NCBI GenBank assembly: GCA_049999805.1 | Contig: JBNGIO010006211.1 | Span: 49,026-69,025 of the forward strand | DNA length: 20,000 nt | Source of the DNA: Folioceros fuciformis | Taxonomy: Eukaryota | Direction of reading: 5' to 3' | In this document: positions 9,386 through 20,000 of the stretch, piece by piece | How positions within the stretch are numbered: the first letter of the stretch is position 1 | Layout: each line of letters opens with the position of its first letter | Notes under the pieces: generated by a model | Database searches by the model: none | The model's input: the letters and a program-made list of their open reading frames with translations, nothing else | Told to the model about the DNA's origin: nothing | Translations under genes and position numbers: made by a program

Positions 9386-12300
9386 CCGATTGGGGAAGTA
9401 CGAACGAGGGTCTCACCTACGAGTTCTCTCCTGGAATGTGAGAGGGTTAGGAGGTCGGTCGAAATCGGCGTCAAAATGCCGGAGGCTGCAGCACTTCTTA
9501 CAAGAAGAGTTCGCTTGGGATGTGGTGTGTATTCAGGAACACAAGTTGTCGACTGAGCACATTCAGCGAATCAAGAAGATATTTCTACCAGGTTGAACAG
9601 TCTGTGGACGGGCAAGATCTGCAGAAGCAAGAGACAGTTACAACTCCAGTGAATGTGAGTCGGCCACGAGGGGAGGCGTCCCTATTACAATCCACCCAGA
9701 GCAAGCACAAAATGTGTTGGAGACAGGACAGGATGAAGCGGGGAGATTTGTGTGGGTGGTGATACAGACTTCTCAAGGCCCCCCTAGGCATTCGCAACAT
9801 CTATGCTCCTAATGAGGCTTCAGAGAGGAGTATACAGTGGGGGAGACTTCAAATACCATGGATGTTGGCGGGGGACTTCAATTTTGTCGAAAGGCGAGAG
9901 CACATACAAGGGACTAGCGAGGTGGATATTCGGAGGGTGCCTCTATCGTGGCAAGAACTAAGGGACACCAGTTAGAATGTGCAAGACCCCTGGCTGGCTC
10001 TGCCGGCGCATCGTCTACAGGACTCTCTCAGGTTCAGCTAGTCCAATCAGCAGCCGGTAGCTTATGGGGCCCGAAGATTGGGTAGATTCTATCTCCCCAC
10101 TGGGTGGCTACCATTCGTGCAGGACTACTGTATTTTGGCTGGTACAGTGCTTTCGGACCACCACCCTATCAACTTGACCCTGCAGCTATCTCCCGAAGAC
10201 CTCCGGCACAAAAGGGATAAGAGGGTTTTTCGGATGAATACGTCTCTTCTAGCGGAAGAAGGGGTGTATGAGCGCGTCAAGGAGCTATGGCAAGGAATAG
10301 AGCAAGGAAAGGAGTCGGTTGTGCTATGGCTCATGAGCGCGAACACCGACGCCACCACCTTCTTGAGGAGGCTGGGCGCGAAGCGCAAAAAAGACAAAGC
10401 TCGGATAGAGGACTTCTTGCAGGAGGAATTGGGGTACGTCCAAAGAATGGGGGAAGAGCGTGCGCTGACTTGGGAAGAGGAAAGCCGACTCCGGGAAATT
10501 CAATGCGACCTGGCAAAGCTTGAGGAGGACAGAGCTAGAGGATGGTACAAACGTGCTAAGGTAAAATGGGTGCAAGAACGTGACTGTCCCTCTAAGTTGT
10601 TCTTCGACAAGGTGGCAGCGAATCAGCATAAGTCAAGAATACCTACTCTCCCCGACGCACAAGGTATCAGGCAAGACTCCCTTAGTGGTTTGAATTAACT
10701 GATCACATGCTTTTACGTAGGGATTTTTGCGAGTCTTGGAAACTGGCAGCCTGGGAGGATCTTTGGAGCCCATCCTATGGGCAGTTACCTGCTAAAGTGA
10801 AAGAGGAGCAACACAATGTTCTTGACAAGCCTATTACTGCTGCGAACGTGGCTCAAGCGCTGAAGGAGATGCCGAGGAACAAATCTCCAGGGCATGACGG
10901 AATCTCGTCCGAATTTCTGGCTTGGGGATGGGAGTTTATGAGTTCACTCTTCATGGAGGTAGTCAATACAATCTGGGAAGAAGGTAGTATGGGCCCATGG
11001 TTTAACCTAGGCCTCATCTCCCTTTTACCTAAACAGGATGCTAGTCTCTCCATTGCTAATTAGCGACCCATCACTTTGCTTACAACAACTTATAAAGTGA
11101 TTGCCAAGGTCTTAGCAAACAGGCTCAAGCCATTTCTGGACGAGTGCTTGGAGGTGGAGCAACGGGGTGTCGTCCAGAACAGGTGTATTCTTGACAACTT
11201 GTTGCTTATGCGTGAGGCTAAGTTTAATGCCCTAGCTCATCATACCCCAACAGTGTTCATTTCCTTATATTTCTATAAGGCTTATGACTCTGTTGAGTAG
11301 CATTTCCTATGGAGATGTCTGCGAAGCTTTGGGTTTGGCAACAACTTCTACAGGTGTATTGCAATTTTGTGTGAGGATGTAGGCACTATGGTCTCTGTCA
11401 ACAGCTCCTTTACTAAAAGGTTTGGTATTACGCGTTCGGTACGGCAAGGCTGCCCACTGGCCCCATTCTTATTCATCAGTCACTGACTTTCTCTTGCGAG
11501 CAGTCAAGAAGGATTCAAGGATTGAAGGCATCTAGAATCCCGATGGCTCGCAGTTGCATATCTCAGATTTTGCCGACGACACCATGCTCTTCTCATCGGC
11601 AGATACGAATTCCTTAATAGCCCTGCTCTCTCAGGTACAAATTTTTGGGCAGCTATCAGGATGCAATGTGAATTGGAGTAAGACTAGGATGATGTGCATT
11701 AACTTGCAGGGGGAGCCGCCCGCATGCATTAGGCACATAGAGCGGGTCAAACCCGGCTCGTCTCACAAATACCTGGGCCTGCCGTTCCAAGAAGAGGAGG
11801 AGAATGCGGAGATTGGTAAATTTGTTTGTCTTCGGTTTATCCGAAAGGCAACCAGCTTACGACTTTTGGATCTTAGTCTCGCAGGCAGAATTGTAGTCAT
11901 CAATCATATTTTGACCGCATCCCTGTGGTACTACTTGTTCTTGTGGGCTCCTAACAAGGCGGATCTGAGACGATTGCAACAGACAATTTCCAACTTCCTA
12001 TGGAGCAAGTCTAAGGAGCTGCTCTCTTCTTCCCATAAGGTGGTGTGGCATCATATTATTCAGTGCAAGCGCTTGGGGGGACTGGGGTTGGTTGACCCCA
12101 CGAGAAAAATGAAGAACTTACATGCGCAATGGGTGCTGAAGGCAGCTGGCCCAATGGATACCCTTGGAAAAGTTGGTTAACCCAACACTTGCAGCTATTT
12201 CATGTGGTTGCTCGAGGGCGGAGGTCTATGGATAATCTCCTGGAGGATAGGCCCGTGTTGGACACCAGGGACTGCTCCCCTCTCTTTGCTTCAATCTGTT

Positions 12301-13730
12301 GAAGTTTCTTGGAGGTGAAAACCTTTCTTATCTATGCCAAGCCCAGGAATAGGGATGATGTGCTGGGTCTCCCTCTCCAAGGCTTTCAGGGGATGTGGTC
12401 TCAGGATTTCCTTTCCCAGGTGTACAGGTCCCAAATCTTTGGTTCCGCTAGCAGAAGTGGCATTGTGCAGCTCGGACACTTGTGGAACTATAGAGAGGCT
12501 GGTTGGAAATCAGCGGAGGAGACACTAGAAGAGTTTGGGGTCCCTATTGGGCATGTGAGGCTTATGCTTGCTTGGCTCCAGCAAGGGATGGCACAGGATG
12601 TGAAGCTAGCGCTGCTACAGGAAGCTCAGGTGGGCATCAATATGTGGGGAGCATACCCCATGGAAGATAGAGCAGGTGGCTCCAACTAGGAGTTGGACAA
12701 GCCCTTCCCAGATTTTGACAGAGCGGTGCTCGTGACATCAATGACAGATGAGGAAGGAATCCTATCTTATAGGACGCTGAACATAGAGGGGCTGCTGGAG
12801 GAAAAGGGTAGAGCGGAAGGCACGAGGGATGGAGTCACCTTGAGAGGGATAACTATGCTATACAGGGCTAGGCGAGCGGGCCTTTGGCTTACCCAGGAAG
12901 AGCAAGGCAACAGGAAACAGGTCATGCAACAGCGTCCCATAAGATGTTGGTTTCGCTTGAAGGAGAATTGGGAGCTAATGATGCGCTCTGACCTATATGT
13001 GTGGCCTAGGAGCGCAGGAAGTAAGTAGGACACTACGAAGTCACTCTTCAATTTTCCGTCAGCAGCCGTGTACCTTTGGTTGGTGCGAGCTCAAAAATGT
13101 CCTCGGCGAAGTCGACTGGCTCCTAGATTGCGGCTCTCCCAGCGTCAGCAAAAGGCAACGATCAAACTCTTGTGGTCGACCTTAGGGATCCCCCCTAAGG
13201 AGAGGGTAACCATCTGGTGCTTTTTTCAAGCTTGCCTGCCTAACGCAGACCGATGGGACAGGTTGTTGGTGGCCACGGGGGAGGAATGCTGCAGGTTATG
13301 CAACGTTGGCGCTTCGCATAAAAGCCAACATATTTTCTTTCAATGCAATTATGCGCAGGGTATCTAGCACGAAGTCGGTCGGTGGCTTCAGCGACTTCTC
13401 CCAGAGAGAGCCATCTTAGTTACCGAACAAACTGCCTTATTCAGGCTAGACGGACAGGCAGGGGGGCCACTTCTCAAATTCCAACGGTGGGGAGTGGTTT
13501 GGTCCCTATCATTGTTCTCCTTGTGGCAAAACTGGGCAGCAATGGTATATGGCGGGAGTGAGCCGGTAGTTAGGAAAGCTCTACTATGGCGCATTTGGGA
13601 GCAAGTACTGGTGGTCGCGGAAAGTATCCGAACGTCCACTCACACTAAGTTTAGGCGGAGAGAGTGGATGCTAGCAGGCTTCCTCCGACACAATGATCAA
13701 TGGGATCACTTCTGCCCATCGGGCAGGTAA
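9375..13730 (+). pseudogene. LINE ORF2 polyprotein: APE endonuclease, reverse transcriptase, CCHC zinc finger (zf-RVT type); ~1450 codons, pseudogenised
   Basis: APE motifs: SWNVRG, CIQE, NIYAP, GDFN, L(G)RFY, SDHHP. RT motifs: KSPGHDG, *RPITLL..YKVIAKVLANRL, FYKAYDSV, RQGCPLAPFLF, FADD (11569-11580), KYLG, GGLG. Zinc finger C-x2-C-x9-H-x4-C at 13290-13346. I count 11 in-frame stops and about 4 frameshifts (near 9780, 10740, 11478, 12155). Confidence 0.96.
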
Positions 13731-13892
13731 GGGCTGTGTCGCTCTTGATCGTAGGGAAGTTCAGCTTTGCTCGCTTCTGTAGCTTAGTCTTTGAGTGCAG
13801 GCTAAGATCTCATTCATTTGCGTACACAATTGAAAAGCCGTTAGTGTAGCTTAAACTACGAATAATCAGATTTTTTTTCTTCATGAAAAAAA

Positions 13893-13907
13893 AAAATGTA
13901 AGGTGCA
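13893..13907. repeat. Right target-site duplication of the young LINE
   Basis: Matches 8193-8207. Its leading AAAA merges with the poly(A) tail. Confidence 0.92.
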
Positions 13908-14330
13908 CCGTACAGCAAAATGCAGTATAACTTTCTTTCTAAAAGTAGATAGATGGATTGGTTTTTCTGAAGGAGTAAAGTATTCAGCTATACAATATGG
14001 AGCATTGGGCAAAACCATATGATTGAACATAATTTTTATGAGTGTTTTATGGCTCAAAAGGTTTGTTTGCAAATCTTATCTCAAATCTATAAAACCTTAA
14101 AGAATAAGAATTGACAACTCTCTGAACTTTTTTTGTTACTAGACATTGACAAGGGATTTAACAAGAGGTGGCTATCAAAACAATATTGGTCTATTCTTAG
14201 GGCAACCATTATTCACACCCTTCGGAGCGACTGGATTGTGATCATTTTTAATGGGAGAACCTTGCAACTTGTAACAAATTGCTTTGCCAAATTATGTGGC
14301 AATGACTCATATTCAATGTTGCTGGGCTAT
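13908..14330 (+). pseudogene. Old LINE ORF2, 3' portion (decayed zf-RVT region and C-terminus)
   Basis: KVDRW (13942) vs NADRW; IEHNFYECFMAQKV (14022) vs SQHIFFQCNYAQGI; YWSILRATIIHTLRSDWIVIIFNG (~14184) vs VWSLSLFSLWQNWAAMVYGG. The 3' end is not defined. Confidence 0.75.
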
Positions 14331-14970
14331 GTAGTCAAGAATAACCTAAAGAAGTTCAGGATATTGGATTGGTAAAAGATAAGGCTTGTAACATTCTCGT
14401 CCCAAAGCTATTATGTGAATTGAAATGATGCATCATTGGCAATGGGCAGTACCGCATGGAAGAGAACTTAGGCATTGTAGTGCCACCATTGCTTTGTTTT
14501 TGTGCATGACACCAGACAAAGAGGACTTTTACAAGGTATTGTTAATTCCACGAACTTATGTACTTGAGGAGTAGGTGAATTTGATGGTGCAAAATGCTCG
14601 TGGAATTACTTACTTGGAAAGGGCCATTTTTTGCATTGACAACAAACTTAGATGGCCTCCTTAGGGTTGCTACATCTTCTTGGCCTTCCTAAGGCTGCTA
14701 CATCTCCTTGGCCGTAGCCCCAACCCAAGCTTAGACCCTATTCAAGCTTTTCCTCAACCATGCTTTGGCATGAGGTTAGACCAAAGTTAGGCCTATCCTT
14801 AAATGCAACCCAATGTTAGCCAAGTTTAGATGAAGAAGTGATGAAAAAATATAAGCAATATTGCTTACAAAGGAAGTTGGAACTCATGTTGCACAAGGCC
14901 TAGGCAAGGTAGATACTCCCCTCAAAAATATGTGCTAATTTTCATCATGAGAAGTCATATCATATCATTA

Positions 14971-14993
14971 TTAGATTAGATTAGATTAGATTA
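14971..14993. repeat. (TTAGA)n microsatellite
   Basis: TTAGA x4 plus a partial copy. Confidence 0.85.
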
Positions 14994-15039
14994 AGAGAAC
15001 CAACAATTTTCTCTTAAACAAAAGCACGTGACAATGACG

Positions 15040-15920
15040 ATGCATGTAAGATCATTGGTCATGCCCATAAGTGTATCATCATCCCCACATGCTCCACATG
15101 AATGTGCCATCATCCCTACATGCACCACATGAAAATGCTATCATCCCCACATGTACCACATGAATGAGCCATCATTCCCACATGCACCACATGAATATGC
15201 CATCATCTATGAAAAATATACATTAAGTATATGTGTAACCTAGGTGTATGGGGTTCAATAAGTTTACACTATATAAACTACAATTTACAGTATATATGTG
15301 AGTTCGCTATTCATTTATTTTATTTTTGGCTACTTGCTTGCTCTTGTTCTTCATGATAGTACATCATGTCAATCTTTCTTCACTCAAATCCAGCACCTCT
15401 GGTTTTTCATATCATCCTCACATGCAACATGAGCAGTGAAGGTGTGCGTAAGATCACCTCCCATGCACATGTGTTTGCCACTATCTCCATATGCACCAGG
15501 AGTAGTGCATATGCACCATGAGTAGTGAAGGCATGCGTAAAATCATTAGTCGTGTCCGTGTATATGCCACTATCCCCGCATAAGTCAAGTGGATAGTAAG
15601 AATGTGTGTAAGATCACCCACTAGGCGCATCACAATTTGATCATCAACTCTATTCACATATTCTCACATAGGCTCCAAGCCATGGGTAATAAAAAAAAAG
15701 GTGTGCATAAAATCACCCACAATTTGATCACTAGCAGTACCCATATATATGCCAATATCATCACATATGCTTTGCACTATGGGCAGTAAAGCTGTGCATA
15801 AAATCACCCACAATTTGATTACTAGTAGTACCCATACTAGTAGTACTCATATGTATGCTAATATCCTTACATATGCTTTGAGCCATGGATAGTGAAGGTG
15901 GACATAAAATTACTCACGAT
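15040..15920. repeat. Degenerate satellite region with a 31-bp minisatellite core (CATCATCCCCACATGCACCACATGAATATGC x4, 15077-15207)
   Basis: The 31-bp units are read directly. Motifs AGTGAAGGTGTGC(G/A)TAA(G/A)ATCACC and CACAATTTGATC recur between 15430 and 15920. Confidence 0.8.
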
Positions 15921-16300
15921 GCTCATTGCAATTTCGCAAGTTGATTATCATGCACATTAGCTCAAATCATCGCAAGTTGATTCTCATGCACATTAGCTCA
16001 AATCAACTCTAAAGTAGGTAATATACTTAGTAGAATCGAGTCATTTAGGGTGGTGTCCTTTATCGTGTTTTAAGTCTACTACTGAAGCAAGGACAAAAGA
16101 ATCTTTACAAATGAGATGCCTAAATTTAAAAAATGTGGAATATATAATACCAAAGATATAATTTGTGAGAACTTAAAAACTTCATTAACTCAAAAACAAA
16201 TCAATCTAGAGATATAGAATCATATGTTTGATTTTATCATAAGTAAATCATTAACATTCTAAAAAACATAATTTAACTTAGAATTATTCTAAAATATTTT

Positions 16301-16435
16301 ATTCTAGCTAATATTTTAAGCTAAGTGATTCTAATTAATATTCTAAGCTAATTAATTCTATTTAGGATTCTAAGATAATTGTTTCTAGATAATATTCTAA
16401 ATTACTTGATTCCAGCCACTATTCAGAGCTAATTG
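16301..16435. repeat. 27-bp AT-rich minisatellite x5 (consensus about ATTCTAGNTAATATTCTAAGCTAATTG)
   Basis: Units start at 16301, 16328, 16355, 16382 and 16409. Confidence 0.8.
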
Positions 16436-16744
16436 ATTTTACATTGCTTTATAAATACTCGTTATGAAGGGTGTGTTCTCTAATCTATGAGTTAACTCAC
16501 AATTCTATTAAATTTAATTTTACTTATCTATGTCGACCTAAATCAATTGGATTATATTATTTTGAATCAATTATTAAAAAATTAATATAAAGAAGAAAAA
16601 AAATTGATATTAAATACATCCAAAAATGAAAAATTTATTTTATTTTGTTTATTAATTTTAAATTGATCAATCAATTTATTATTGTACTAATTTATGTATC
16701 GCAAATAGATAGCTATAGAATGTGGCATTTATAACCTATCTTTT

Positions 16745-17960
16745 TTTACAATTAGTTCTTAAGCCATGACTTGAAGCGTTTATAAAGATTGAAGGTGTAC
16801 TTGAGCCCATATCTCTCATACAATCGACTCTAACCATAGCTTGAGGCCTTTAACCATAGCTTGAGGCCTTTAACCATAGCTTGAGGCCTTTATAAAGAGG
16901 GATGAGGTACTTAAGATTGGACCTCTTACAATTTGCCCTAGCCATAGCTTGAGGCCTTTATAAAGAGGAATGACACATTTTAGACTAGACTTTCATAATT
17001 AGCTCTAGCCAGAGCTTGAGGCCTTTATAAAAAGAAATGATGCACTTTAGACTACACCTTTCAGAATTAGCTCTAACCATAGCTTGAGGCCTTAATAAAG
17101 AGGAATGATGCACTTAAGTCATGTTTCTTAACTAATTTAAGGATTATGTAGATCAATTATACCTAAGCAATTACATATTAAAGAAAAATATATCTATCCA
17201 AAATACACATTGAATTAATTAATTGAAAATGAAAAAGTAAGTTGATTTGTTAACACTGCGTAGAGTGTGCCTTTTAGCTAAGGGCACAATTCTTAACGAA
17301 TACACAATTCTTAACGAATAGGTATACTTGTTTGTATCTATATATGAGTTGCTTATCTAATAATTTATTATTTATTGATAAGCTATATAAAACCTCTAAA
17401 ACTCTAGGCCATTAGCACACATCTCTTTCTTCAACTTCTCGCACAATTAACTTTAGCCATAACTTAAGGCCTTTATAAAGAGGGATTGTGCACCTAAGCC
17501 CATATCTCTTTGAGGCCTTTATAAAGAGGAATGACGCACTTAAGATTACAGCTCTTACAATTTACTCTAGCCATAGCTTGAAGCCTTTATGAAGAGGGAT
17601 GACACACTTAAGACTCCACCTCTCACAGTCAGCCCTAGCTTGAAGCCTCCAAACTTAATGCATCCAAGCTCATACCTTTCTCACAATCGGCTCTAGCCAT
17701 AGCTTGAAGCCTTCATAAAGAGTTACAATACATCTAAAACTACACCTTTTTCGCAATTAGCTCCAGCCATAGCTTAAAACCTTAATGATATTGCATCTAT
17801 GCATGCACCTTTCTGACAATGGGCTCTAAGCATAGCTTAAAAGCTTAACCAAGAGTAAATATTGCATCTACGCCTTCATCTTTCTCATTTGGCTATAGCC
17901 CTAGCTTGAAACCTTAACCTAGAGTGATCTTGTATCTAAGCCAATACTTTTCTCACAATC
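16745..17960. repeat. ~68-bp satellite array (TAGCCATAGCTTGAGGCCTTTATAAAGAGGAATGATGCACTTAAGACTACACC...CAAT), interrupted by unrelated AT-rich DNA at about 17120-17410
   Basis: The CCA(T/G)AGCTTGAGGCC anchor occurs at 16874, 16942, 17009 and 17077 (67-68 bp spacing) and again after 17450. An exact 20-bp x3 sub-repeat TAACCATAGCTTGAGGCCTT lies at 16831-16890. Confidence 0.9.
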
Positions 17961-20000
17961 AGCAAAAATCTCACTATCTCATAAAAGGAAACCACAAGAT
18001 CATCGGAAACCACAAGATCATCGTTAAACATCAAGCCTTGTTGGGGCCACAAAATCAACATTATACATCTAATTATATGCAAGTAGTAGGAGGCCAAAAA
18101 TAATGAATTGACTTCTAAGTTTGTCCACTAATTATTGAAGTAGTGAGATGCCATAAAGACTTTTGTTTGAGATCTAAGAGTTAAGCTAAATACTACATAG
18201 TGATAATTAGCAGTAAATCATAGGCCTAAGTAGGACTGTTAAGATAGTATCTTGTGTTCACTAGCCTATTAGTTTATGAGGGTAATTTGAGATAAATAGT
18301 ATTTAAATATTAGTTGAAATATTTTAAAATAAGTCTTATCATTATTTTAATAAAATATATCATACACTATTTATACCTATTTTATATAATAATTAGCTTT
18401 ATTTCATCGTATTTTACACAATAGTTAAGATGTATTTTTTTAGAGCCTTAATTTACTAGTTGAAAATAAATAGTTAAATATTATTAAATATTATTCTAAA
18501 CTAAATTATTTTAATTCATAAATACATTCAACAAGTTTATACTGGTATAATAAGTTTATATATCTTATCCTCCTTTCTTAAAATCCTAATCCTGATGTTC
18601 TTTCATGTATATTTTTTTTTGTCAAAGACAATGATAAATTGGCTACCATTTGTTTATGAAAATCATGTTAGATGATTATAATAAATAACATCTAAAGAGA
18701 TAAAAACTTGGCTACAATTGATGCATAGGTAGGTAATTTGAGGTTGAACCCGTAGTTAGTGATCTCACCAATTTTTAGGGAATAGTTGAGTGCTAAGTGG
18801 CCATGTCTTTTAGGTGAAAAGTTTTGATTCTTCAGCTAGTAGACAGAAGGTAGCTTTTATATTAGATTTGATATCAATGTATGCCATTGCTCAACTTACT
18901 TATATAAGCAAGAGCGCTTGTCTTTTCACACTGCTTCAACAAGTTGGCTTTTAAATTAAAGAACTTAGTTAAATTAATACAACATGATCTAGATGCTTTA
19001 CATAAAACCACATTAATAGCTAATTGGACCAAGTCTCAACCTCACTATCAATAGTGCTTAATTTGGTTTACTAGTTTTTGTTCCAAACAATTTATAACGT
19101 GGTCTTCTAGACATAGTATATATAAATAACACTCTAAGAAGTTTATTTGTATATACTATATTTTAAGTATTTATATTTAAAGAAATTTTAATTTTATATA
19201 ATAAAATAAAGTGAATATTTTCAAATATTATAATTTTTAATTATTATCCATAGCTTTTGCATTATGACTACACTTGTTAATTAGTTATATGAGTGTGATC
19301 GTTGAATTGAATTTATATGAGTGTGATCATTGAATTTAGGGAAAAAAAAAGAAGATAAAGTTGCATCAAACTATATTGCATCAAACTACATTTGAAGTAT
19401 AGTTGAAACGGATGAAATTCATATTACATAACATTAATCATATTGTAAAACCTTGTAATATTACATTGCAACCTTAGTATATCGTATAGTATCTAAATTT
19501 TTCACACACTTCTATCCAAGTTTTTCCCACTAGAATGAAATAGAAGGAGATCAGGATAGCGAGGAACATGACTAGGATTCTCAATCCTAGATGTATCCAA
19601 AGTCATTATGTGATTCATGTTCATATTGGGTGTTCAAGTTATAGGGTGCTAAAGAAAGAATATCCTTGAGATAAAGGGGTTCTAGCTTGTGGGGATCAAG
19701 AGTGGTGGGTGATGGTGAGTTATCCTCTTCTTGCTTAGATAGATAGATAAACCATAAGGACTCGAGTTTGTAGTAGGAAGTAGATAGTGGGTAAAAATAT
19801 TATGATCAAAATAAGATTTTACAGATTCTATGGGAAAATATGACCATTATTAGTAGCTCTTATGTAAGAAAAAAACGCTCTTATGTAAGAGAAAAAAAAA
19901 CTTTCAGGTGATGTACTGTGGTGGAGAAGAGGAGGGTAGGCAAAGTGCGCTAGGAAGGAGGCGAGGAGTTGCATAGTGTGAGAGAGGGGAAGAGCAATAC

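Larger units (their letters stand above)
8208..13892 (+). mobile_element. Non-LTR retrotransposon (L1/Tx1-like LINE), probably 5'-truncated, inactive
   Basis: 15-bp TSD, A-run at 13886-13896, an ORF1 remnant overlapping ORF2, ORF2 with APE, RT and CCHC motifs, and a ~155-nt 3' UTR. Confidence 0.96.

Noticed and set aside
9175..13639. Antisense and alternative-frame ORFs within the young LINE
   Set aside because: Shadow frames of GC-rich ORF1/ORF2 coding sequence with no motifs of their own.
16745..17960. CRISPR-like array (conserved ~30-bp block at regular spacing)
   Set aside because: The intervening sequences are homologous to each other rather than unique spacers, there are no cas genes, and the context is eukaryotic.
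19572..19590. Perfect 8-bp hairpin CTAGGATT-CTC-AATCCTAG
   Set aside because: Isolated and short, with no associated element boundary. Compatible with chance.

Overview
This is repeat-rich eukaryotic DNA, most likely from a land plant (TTTAGGG-type motif, plant L1/Tx1-type LINEs). It contains no intact host gene, RNA gene or CRISPR array that I can support. The centrepiece is a + strand non-LTR retrotransposon (L1/Tx1-like LINE, 8208-13892) bounded by a 15-bp target-site duplication (AAAATGTAAGGTGCA at 8193-8207 and 13893-13907) and a short poly(A). It keeps the C-terminal part of ORF1 and a full-length but pseudogenised ORF2 (APE endonuclease, RT with FADD, CCHC zf-RVT, no RNase H seen). This element is nested, in the same orientation, inside an older and more decayed relative (about 5063-8207 and 13908-14330), whose motifs run collinearly across the insertion. 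The older copy also carries a ~300-bp LTR-like insertion. The rest consists of satellite/minisatellite arrays (about 1585-2960, 15040-15920, 16301-16435, 16745-17960), many short two-copy tandem duplications, two 10-N assembly gaps and AT-rich DNA. The most novel-looking leads are speculative: a Nudix-fold-like pattern at the ORF1 C-terminus, and a long uncharacterised ORF2 segment between RT and the zinc finger that both LINE copies share.
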